This document shows, in pieces, positions 37,993 through 48,262 of a DNA stretch of 64,000 bases (its first letter is position 1; every line of letters starts with the position of its first letter). Source of the DNA: Malacoraja senta (taxonomy: Eukaryota); NCBI GenBank assembly GCA_038087875.1, contig CM075977.1, forward strand, positions 161,882,001-161,946,000, given 5' to 3'. The notes under the pieces are model-generated. The model saw nothing but the letters and a program-made list of their open reading frames with translations. It ran no database searches and was not told where the DNA came from. The position numbers and the translations under genes are program-made.

Positions 37993-37994
37993 CC

Positions 37995-39919
37995 ATGGAG
38001 GTAGATGGGTCTGGTGCTTGTCGAAACATATTCAGTGAGGATTACCTACCAGTTGGGGGGAGGTTACACTGGTTTCTGAAAGAATGGCATGGGATAACAT
38101 CAGAGTTGTTTATACTGCAAATTATACAAGGGTTTCGAATTGAATTAATTCCCAATTTGTGTCCGCCTACACAACATACACCAAGGCGGGCACTTATTTT
38201 CTCACAAAAAGAGAATTTGGAGGTTCAAGCTGAAATTGAAAAATGATATATAAAAGGTGTAATTGAGAAGACAGTTTGTCAACCTCACCAATTCGTATCT
38301 AATATTTTTCCCAGACCGAAGAAAGATGGTGGGAGTCGGATTATTTTGGACCTGACGGACCTTAATCCGGTTGTGCAGTATAAACATTTCAAAATGGAAA
38401 CATTTGCGACTGCCAAGCAATTGGTTTCCAGAGGGTGTTATATGGCATGTATCGATCTAAAGGATGCATATTACTCAATGCCTGGTCATAAAGATTATCG
38501 GAGATATTTGAAATTTAGCTGGATGAGGCAATTGTGGCAATTTAAAGCGCTGCCTAATGGGTTAACCTCAGCCCTAGATTATTTACAAATCTGCTAAAAC
38601 CAGTATTGGGACTGCTCCGGGTTCAGGGTCATATTGTAATGGCTTAATTGGATGATATCTTAATAATTGGAAAAACTCGGGAGGCAGCTGAGTTATCTGG
38701 TTCAGCTGTTAAAGAGATTGGGGTTTCTCATTCATCCAACTAAATCAAAATTGAAACCGGTTAAAGTTATTGATTATCTGGGATTCACAGTTAATGCAAC
38801 TCACATGTCTGTAACTCTGCCCAAGGGCAAGAGATTAGATTTAATTGAAGGCTGTATCAAGCTCATGGGAGAGCAATCACCATCAATTAGGCATGTGGCT
38901 AGCTTGATTGGCAAATTGGTAGCTGCCTTTCCAGCTGCACAGTATGGATCTTTGCATTACCAACATTTACAGAGGGCAAAGGTACAGGCACTCAGGATAC
39001 ATGCAGGTTATTTCAACAGACCCATGCAATTACCAGCTGGAGCCATTGCTGAAGTTCAGTGGTGAATAAGAAACATTTCAAGTTGTTCCAGCAACATTTT
39101 GATTGAAGCACCTTTAGTTGTTTTACAGACTGATGTTGGTGCCCTAGGTTGGGGGGCTACTGATACCATCTCTAGCTGTGGAGGCAGATGGAATGTGCAT
39201 GAGGCATTTATTCTCCAATCACATGGAATTCATTATTTAGAGTTACTGGGAGCATTTTATGGGCTTAAGGCTTATTGTACCACCAAGCATCACTTACATG
39301 TTCAGATTCAGATTGACAACACTACGGCAGTGGCGTATATGTGAATCATATGGGTGGAATCAAGTCGGAATCTTGTGACAGATTGGCTAACCTTATTTGG
39401 CACTGGTGCATTAAAAGAAACATTTGGGTTTCAGCTGTCTACTTGCCAGGCAGATTCAACATGGTGGCAGACACCAGGTCATGCAAATTCAATGACAACA
39501 CAGAATGGATGTTGAACCATGATGTATTTAATGATATTGTTGTTCGGTATGGGATGCCAGATATCGATTTGTTTGCATCCAGACTCAATCACCAGGTATC
39601 GAAGTATGTTTCATGGGAACCAGACCCAGGGGCAGTAGCAGTAGACGCTTTTGCGCTACACTGGGGCGGAGTGTTTATATATGCATTTCCCCCATTCTGC
39701 CTCATCAGTCGGTGCTTGACCAAGATCAAGCAGGACTCTGCTTCAGGAGTTTTGGTGGTACCCGACTGGCCTACACAGCCATGGTTCCCTCTCATTTCGG
39801 AAATTATAACTCAACCTATTATGGTGGTTCCAAAACATAATAACCTTTTGGTGAACCCTGTGACTGGGGATCAACACCCGTTGTATGATCGTATTAATTT
39901 GTTAATTTTCAGGTGTTAA
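37995..39919 (+). pseudogene. DIRS ORF2: reverse transcriptase, RNase H and Dam-like methyltransferase domain, disrupted
   Basis: accATGg start; VGGRLHWF; PKKDGGSRIILDL; IDLKDAY; LPNGL; YLDD mutated to stop-LDD near 38644; YLGF. RNase H: QTD..ALGWG, YLELL, DNTTAVAY. MT: DLFASRLN, YAFPPF. Several stops and frameshifts. Confidence 0.95.
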
Positions 39920-40889
39920 GGAGGCCATACCTGGGTCTGGGACTATCCAATCGTACCGTGGATATCATCACATCGTCCTGGAGGGATAGTACCAAAAAGC
40001 AGTACATCTCTCATGTCAGGAAATGGGAGGGGTTTTGCTTACAAGGGAACATTAGTTACCACACAGCTTCCATCCCAGATGTGTTAAAGTTTCTGTCCAA
40101 GTTGTATTTTGATGAAGGGTTGAGCTATAGTGCCATCAATAGTGCCAGGAGTGCTCTGTCATCGTACTTATGCTTGGGGTCAGAACTACAGTCTGTAGGA
40201 TCTCATCCGTTAATATCCCGGTTTATGAAGGGTTTTTTAAATTCCAATCCCCCCAGGCCTAGATATTCAGAAATCTGGGATGTGAGTGTGATACTCGCGC
40301 TGCTTCATCAGTGGGGTCCAGCCACATCCTTGTCTTTGGTAAAGATTACCCTGAAGTTGGTCATGCTCATGGCGCTGGTGTCAGTGCAAAGGGTTCAGAC
40401 TCTGCAGAAGTTGCGACTGGACAGGATGGTGTCATCTGGGAATGACGTTATGTTTTACATCTATGATCTCATAAAACAGAGCAGACCAGGGGTGTCAGGA
40501 TTCAAGCTTGTACTGTCAGCATAACCCACGGATTTACGACTATGTGTAGTGGCGCACTTGCGATGTTATATCGAGGTCACCAAGGGCCTCAGAGGCTCGG
40601 AAGTATCATTGTTTATTAGCCACAAAAAGCCACATATGAAAGTGTCGGTTCAGACCATTTCAAGATGGCTGAAACAAGTGCTGGTTTGTGCAGGAGTTAA
40701 TACGACAATTTTAAATCTCACTCCACCAGGGCAGCATCAACGTCAGCAGCGAGGGCAATGGACGTCCCTCTAGACCATATCCTCACGGCCGCAGGATGGT
40801 CAAATGAACTGATTTTTCAGCGGTTTTATAATAAACCACTTATCGAAACCGGGGTGTTCGCCCATTCCATTTTAAGTTCTGTTTCATAG
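39913..40889 (+). pseudogene. DIRS ORF3: tyrosine recombinase, disrupted
   Basis: STKKQY..W..FC, SARSALS, HPLISRFMKG, WDV; catalytic R (QRV), HSTR, GW and RFY. One stop (40522-40524) and one frameshift near 40710. Ends at TAG 40887-40889. Confidence 0.95.
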
Positions 40890-41072
40890 CTTCCCCCTGC
40901 GAGAGAGGGGTCGCTATTGTGTTTCTTTATTTTGTTTGTGAATTAAATCATCAACATGTTAATCTGTACCATGTTTCACTGTATTGCTCATTATTCACTC
41001 CTCCTGAGTCAACTGATGCAGTGTGAGACGCCTGGATTCGTATCTACGGCATGAAATCACAGAGCTTTGAAA

Positions 41073-41185
41073 TCTTCACGGAATCACTCACGTGACTCCG
41101 AAGTAAAATAGTAAGATTAAACGAGAACTTACCAGTTTGAGGTTTGGTCTTTATTTTATGAAGAGTTACGATGAGCGATTACGTG
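41073..41185 (+). repeat. DIRS internal complementary region (ICR)
   Basis: 41073-41109 is the exact reverse complement of 36655-36691. 41107-41185 is the reverse complement of 41329-41407 with a few mismatches. Confidence 0.95.
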
Positions 41186-41299
41186 CCCACCGCTCCCGGC
41201 CCTCAATATCATAAAGGTCAACTGGAAGGTCTGGTTTATATTCTTACTATGTTACTTCAGTTACTATTATCTGTGATTTCACACCACTGCTTTGAAGAT

Positions 41300-41407
41300 T
41301 GACGCGCATGCCGACTGGCGGGGTTCTTCACGTAATCGCTCATCGTAACTCCTCATAAAATAAAGATCAAACTTCAAACTTGTAAGTTCTCATTTAATCT
41401 TACTATT
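41300..41407 (+). repeat. DIRS right ITR plus right-end extension
   Basis: Imperfect inverted copy of the left ITR followed by about 46 nt absent from the left end. Confidence 0.9.
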
Positions 41408-43769
41408 AATTGTTTCTCCAGCATTGGGGGTGGGGGAAGAGGTCAATTTAGGGTATATTGAAGGGTAGGAAAATTGAGGGTATAATGTTGCAATTGAGGT
41501 AGAACGTAGAATATCACCATTTTTAAGGAAAGAACAAAGGAGTTTAATTGACGTGATGTCCGAATATTTGTGCAGTGTTTAGTGAATTGATATGATGCCC
41601 TTGGACACAATATTAGTTTGTTTATTTATTCATTCATTATTTAAATCTAATATGGAAATATATCAAGCATATTTGAACAAATAGAATGTAGTGTTGCACA
41701 GGAAAATAATGGGAGAATGAGCTAATTTCACTAATTTACAGATATAACCGATACTCCGGGTGATCTGTACATGCAAATGTGATGATTAAGGTTCACTCAC
41801 AGAAACCTCCAAGGTCGGCCCCAAATAAAATGATGCTGGCAGATGGTGTCTGGTTGCAGAGCATTGCGGTCAGCAGATTTACTACAGAGGCAACTAGCTC
41901 AGCTAACTATTTGCACTCTACTTTTATTCTCTGCTGTAAGGATGTAATGTCATCATGCAGCTACTGAAGGCCTATAGCAGCTGCAGTGCATTGATTCCTC
42001 AAAGTAAATCTAATTACTCTTGGATGCTGAGACTGTGTATGGAGAGGTAACAATGCACTTTTGTGAATGTAAGGGAGATAGGCGAGGCAGGAAATGTTGG
42101 AGAGAGAGAGCCCCTGATGGTTATGGATGATTTCTCTGCATTATAAGTAGCACTTTTGGATGACCTCAGCCATTTGTAATCTGGTCTTGTAGAATAAATG
42201 GAAACATGCAATACATGCTGTGTGCATTATCCCAAAAGGATTTTTTTTTGTAGAGACATTTATTAGATTCCAGATGCCACAGTCTTTCAAGAAGTAATGA
42301 TCATTCAAATAAAGTTGCTGCCCTTGATAGAAAATAGGAATGCATTGGGGAACCTTCTGGTCTTACGGATTATTTTAGGTGCACTAAGTGAATTTGTTTA
42401 GTTGTAATTATGAAGGTGGTAAATGTATCATTTAATATTTTCATTTTTACCTGGAATTATGTCTCAGGAATACAGAAAGTACTGTTCTTGGAACTTAATG
42501 GTAATACATGGTCATCTGAAAACATCTAGCTTTTACAATTCCTGATGTTATGCAAAAACCAAGTCTCCACCAATTAATTTGATAATTTTCCTTCCTTTTA
42601 TTCTGTTGTAATTAGTGTTCTTGGCAGAAGTAGATTTGTACAGAATTATGAATGACATTGGTGTGAATTATATTGGCTATGTGGCATGTTTCTAAATTAA
42701 ACATATCATTAAATTATTATTAAAGGAAAATCTTTGACCACATCAAACTGTTCTAACAAAGTTACAGGATACATTGGAGGTATTACAGTATTTTGACATC
42801 AATATAATTTCCAGAAAATATTTTTCTTGCTCCAGTTGTTCTTGTAAACCCTGACCAAGAAATCATTGGAGATGTGTATAATTCTTAGAATTCAGGAAAT
42901 TTACAACACAAGGAAATTTGAGCCAATATGTCCTTTGCAAAAGGACTAACCGGTTTAATCATGCCTTCATGACTTGGTCCACAAGTCTGTCGATTACAGC
43001 TCTTCTTTCAATAGTACTTTAAATACTTTTCTGTCTCTACCCCATTGAGAGGATGTGTCACAGATTGTTTCGTACAGGGTGAAGAGAAAATTAATTAACA
43101 TGCATAAAATCATGGGTGCCTACATATGAAATAGGAAAGCCCGACAACGGGCCTCTACTTCAATGCTTAGTAGTGGAGGTCCAAAACCAAAGGAAAGACA
43201 TAATAAGTAAAATGATTAGAGAGGAAAAGGGGGAAAATGCTTGCTGGGTGGTAGGAGTCTGTGACTCAGTCCCTGTCCTGCCAAGATTATAGATTTGCAG
43301 AACTAGATTCTGTGATTGTCCACATTTTTCAGTGAGTTCCCATTTGTTGTATATTTCCTTGCCAGTTGCACCTCCTCAAATGCATTACCTTCTACTTCTC
43401 TGGATTAAATTCTATTTCTAGCTTTACAGCCCCACCAAACGCACCATCTATTTCAGCTGCCAAAGCATTGCCACTCTTGCATTCATTAATTCATTCCAAA
43501 CAGCCTTGTTTAACAATCTTCCTAATATTCTCACGTGCAGCAGTTATTTTCTTTAACCATTATTGCCACTCCACTCTGCTATCTCCCCCCATCTTGTCTG
43601 AAAACATTTTCACATGTTTTTCATTGCACATCTGCCTTGATCCCTAAAATCCTTGTGTTTAGGCATTATTTTATTTGTGTCTATTTCTCAACCACTGTTT
43701 GCTATGTTTTTCAAATTCTCACTAATTTTACACCTTCTGTTTCCAGCCTTGTTTAAATCTATACTCAGG

Positions 43770-44240
43770 CTTTTACCATCTTGTCAACTCCGTTTAAACC
43801 TTCCCTCACTAGGAAACCTACCCATGACAATATTGCTCCTGGTCTTGTTGTGGTGCAAACTACTCAATCAATACAATCCCACCTTCTTCGGATGCCAATG
43901 ATCCGTGAAGCTAAAGCCCTTTCTCACATACAGACCCTCTAGCCATCCATTCACCTATGCTATTCCCCCATTTCCATGCTCACCAGATTAATATGGTGAG
44001 CATTACCTTTTCAGATCCTACTTCTTAATCTCTTCCCTGACTCGCTGAGATGTCTTCAGGACCTTATTCCATTTTCCACCTACATCATTGCTTGATCTAT
44101 AGACCTCAGCATCTGGCTGTTCACTCCCCCCCCCCCTCCCCTCCCAAAAGGATCTGCAGTGACTCAGTGATACCCTCCGGAGGCAACACACCATCCTCTA
44201 GTCACATATTGGAGAAATGTCTGCCCTCCCTTAAATGTCT
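43770..44240 (-). mobile_element. Old CR1 ORF1 (esterase-like) remnant; further CR1 debris at about 42880-43480
   Basis: Minus strand reads W.....CEKGFSFTDHW, resembling the WCRREGFRFLDHW segment of the CR1 ORF1 esterase. Highly degraded. Confidence 0.5.
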
Positions 44241-45044
44241 AATTTCCTGTGACAATGTTTTTTTTTAATGTGCTCATGCTCAGAATCTGAGATTTAATTT
44301 TAATTTGGATGTTGCAAGGTATTCAATAATATAATCATTGATTATTTTATGTAGTTATGCAACTTTTCCTTAGTAGTTTCAAGGCAAGGTTCACCATTGT
44401 TTTCTTCGGATGTTGATAAATCCAATGCTAATTCAATACCAAGACTACCATGCCCCTTGGGATGATTTGATTATTGCTAAATTACATACCTTAATTTTGT
44501 TATGTTATTCAATTCAGCCATGTATTGCACAAGGGACAATGGTCAGGTGTTAATTTATGCTGCTTCAAGAACTGCTCCTAAACATAGAAAATAGTTGTGT
44601 GATGATTGAATGAACAAACAGGAAGCCCTGTGTTTGCTTGCATACGTTTCTCACAGGATGCCAGCTGTTTTCAAAGATTGGCCCCAGTGTGGCATGTACT
44701 GTGATTTGTTCCATGCAAACAAAGAGCATTTTATTTTGTGGTAAACACGACCATCCGCCACCTGCCAGCACTGACAATCTGAGGCACTTTATTGGCAAGA
44801 GGTTTCATCGTTGCTCGTCATTTCTTTGTTTTGTAGATTACACCTAAAGAAAGCTACTAATGAACAGCATTTGAAGAGACAGGTTGGCTTAAAGCTTGAT
44901 TCAATCAATGTTGCTAGGCCATTGCATGCAGGATGGTACTTGTGGCAAATAAGACCAGCGAAAGCATCATTGATTAATGTGTTTTTGAAGACAATTACTT
45001 CATCTCTTTCCAAGTATGTAGTGGGGAATTTCACATTTAATGTT

Positions 45045-45066
45045 TATATATATATATATATATATT
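45045..45066. repeat. (TA)n microsatellite
   Basis: Direct reading. Confidence 0.95.
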
Positions 45067-45171
45067 TAATGTTTGTCTAAAGTAATGCAGAGGAAAACCA
45101 GACTCATCATTTAATAAATCAGTCACAAAACTATTTCATTATACACAAACAGGTACTATCGTAAGGTTTAA

Positions 45172-45312
45172 TAAACATTTAGATTAGTACATGGATAGGA
45201 CAGATTCAGAGTGATATGGGCCAAATGCAGGCAGGTGGGACTAGTGTAGATGGGACATGTTGGTCAGTGTGGGCAAGTTGAGTCGAAGGGCCTGTTTCCA
45301 CGCTGTATGACA
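45172..45312 (+). mobile_element. CR1/HER1 3' tail
   Basis: tacatggatagg...gatatgggccaaatgcaggcaggtgggactag...gaagggcctgtttccacgctgtatgac. Confidence 0.85.
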
Positions 45313-45834
45313 AACATGGAAAGAATGGCATCATTCTGAAATAATGATTGGTATAAATATCAATATGGAGCTTATAATAGAAAAATAATTACTATTTTAT
45401 TTCCATACTGAAATTTGTTCCACTCTACCACCCCCATCAATACACACACCTATTATTTTTCAAACCAGTCTACCACAAATGATGAGCAGATTTGTTGTGT
45501 AACACCTTGATAATCAATAGCTGTTCTAATCTCCTTTTGATACCATATGACATGCATTTTTTTACATTTTGCATAATTCTTTGTTGTTTGAAATTGTTCT
45601 GTAAAGTGTGAAAGTACTTGGATCACTGATAAAAGAAATATGACATGGTCCAGTGTAATATATTGCACTTGGTAAGAAAACCAGTTGCTATGCTATTAGT
45701 AGCATTAATTTAGTGAAATTCATGGAGTTACAAGTAACGCCATGGACATACCGGGTCTTCAGACAATGGAGGTTTAACAGAGGATCCCATTCCATGTATG
45801 ACCATATGACCGTTTGTGTCGTGCAGCTGCATAA

Positions 45835-46600
45835 TTCTGAATGGGATGATAAATGGCAAGTTATATTTGATCCATATAAGTATGCAGTAGTAACCATATC
45901 CAACATGGTTTTAAATATTTCTTCTTGTCATCAACAGCAGTGCTATCGACCAGTCCCCTCACCGTCAACATCCTAGGGATCAAGTAATAAATCTGAACCT
46001 TTCCTTGTGACTGTAATAGTGTATTAGAGGATTTGCCAGTGTCAGCAACATATTGGACATTTACCTAAGCATTTCCTGATGGCATTTACCTAAGCCTTTC
46101 CATATGCAAGGTGGTGCATGTGTGCAAAGGGGATTACTCCACTTGACTGTGCTGCTCCAAGCACATTCAAGAAGCTTGGCACAATGTGAAACAAAGCAAT
46201 CTAGTTGAATAGTTGTGCCTATCAACCACGCTTATTATTCGCTGCAGTGCAGCACTAACTCAATGGCTACTGTGTGTTATTGACAATGCTCATGATTTTC
46301 TCATAAATGCACAGAAAATTGTATCTCCATACAATTTATCACCTGGGAACGCAAAATGCAAAGTTGAACCATCATTTGTTAAGGTTTCATCCTTGTCAGG
46401 CACCATCCTGACTTGGAAGTGTGAGTTGCCGTTCTTAGTCGTCACTAGATCCAAATCCTTAAAGGTTGTACCGAGGAGCAGTGCAGAAGAATCTTCTCGA
46501 ATAGTTGCCATGCTGCTCATGTAGGCAGCTTCATATTATCGTCCAAAGAGCTATTAGTGATAAATATTAATTGCTGACCTTCCAGCAAGGGCTACGTACC
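45835..46600 (+). mobile_element. Old LINE (CR1/L2 group) RT C-terminus and tail
   Basis: EWDDKWQVIFDPYK..VTISN resembles the post-RT W..KWQ..F...K motif; caccatcctgacttggaa and a tail related to 4007-4162. Confidence 0.65.
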
Positions 46601-47944
46601 TTGCCTAAATAGAAATAGTAGAAGCAATTTTCCACTGCACCACAGCTTCCATCTTAGCTTCCGGCCTCTGCTTGAACGTAATTAATGAGTAAAAGACACA
46701 ACAGAGTCAATCATTCAAAACATTTGTACATTCATTTTGAAGTCAAAAGCAAATTAATAAATTACCCAGACGCATCTTGCCTTTGCCTGTCACAGTATTT
46801 CATAGCAGCTGTCTGCAGCCAAGTCACTGGAAAGTTAGTTAATTGCAGAGATTGAACTAGCAGACAACATGGAAGGCAATCTGGAACAACATTAGTTCTG
46901 AAGAGGCCTGGATGCCATGCACTGATAGAGTGACAGTGGTGGCATTACAAATGGTTTCATCATAACAGTGAGCTGCAGGTTTGTGCTCCACAGTTCCACT
47001 GCCATTCTCTCAGGGCAGTGATTTAGCAATCTTGCTAAGTTGAAAGATTGCTGGAGACAAAGATGCCCTTAAATGCCTCTTTAAACACTAGTCTCCAAAA
47101 ACCAAGCTGAACTAAACTAAACTATAGTACTCTGATCTTACCTTGTGTAGAGTAGCTGGAAGTGTGTTTTGCATAGGAGTAGGCCTTTTGATCTTTCTAG
47201 CCAGGGCAGCAGAGTTTGAACCTCCATAGATAGGGCCAAACTTTCTATTTCTACTGTTTGTGCTGCAATGGACATACAAACTCACCATCAAATGTGGAGC
47301 TGGCCACGACTTCAACGGAAGTGATTGACTCCTAGCTCTTGGCAAAGCCCTGTGGGTTATTGCAGCAGGTCTCCATATGTGCATCTTCACAGCCCATGCA
47401 GATTTTCAGCAGGCCTGACAATGCCCCCAACATTTCTATTCGCATCAAAAGTCTGCAAGCTACCCACCAGCCCCACTGAGAGACAATCTTATGTGTAACC
47501 TTACCTTTCTCCTGTGCCCTGGCTTCAGAGTGGAAATGGATCCCACATCTGAACTATGTGGCTGGTATCCTGGTCTGTGGCTGTAGTTGTCAGATCAACT
47601 GGTGAGGGGAGGAATGAAATAAGAGGTCCATATTTAAACCATCAGCATCTTTTAAATCAGAAGACATTGTGACCTGATGAGGAAGTAGAATGTTATAAGG
47701 GGAATTAGTTGTAGAGTCACCTGTCTGTGTGTCGTAAGATTGCTAAGTCTGGCTGCTCAGCTAATGGACAGTAGCATCACCCGCACCAGGCTGCAGAGCC
47801 CATTGAACCATTCCTGTCCAAGTCTGATACTGCTGGCAGAAGTTTTGATATTTCATCCTGCAAGGTTGAGGAAAGAGTACAAGAATTTTAAGAATGTATT
47901 GCAATGTGTGTGTTGAGCCGGCATTGGTTAAATAGCTGTGTATA

Positions 47945-48262
47945 ACATAGAAACATAGTGAGCAGGAATAAGCCGTCTGACCTTTCTAGCCTGCTCTGCC
48001 ATTCAGTAGGATCAAACCTGATGTTCTTTTTCAATGACATATATCTGCTTTCCCCAGAGTCTTCGATGTTATTTGGTCTAGAAATCTATCACCTTAATAC
48101 ATTCAGCGGTTTGGCCTCCACCGCCTTCTGCAATGGTGAATTCCACAGGTTCATCATTCTCTGAGTTAAGAGATTTCTCCTCATTTCAATTCTGAATGCC
48201 TTATCCTGAGGTCATGACCCCCTGATTCTAGATACCCCAGCCAGGAGAACTATCCTCCCAGC
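47945..48262 (-). mobile_element. Older CR1 3' end
   Basis: (catagaaa) tail and ttggcctccaccgccttctgcaatggtgaattccacagg. Confidence 0.8.

Larger units (their letters stand above)
36655..41407 (+). mobile_element. Full-length DIRS-type tyrosine-recombinase retrotransposon (inactivated)
   Basis: Left ITR 36655-36716; right ITR 41300-41361 plus extension to 41407; ICR 41073-41185; gag, RT/RH/MT and YR ORFs in canonical order; ATT at both ends. Confidence 0.96.

Noticed and set aside
44837-44882. 46-nt exon candidate after tttctttgttttgtAG
   Set aside because: Good acceptor but weak donor (CAG|GTTGGC) and no recognisable peptide.
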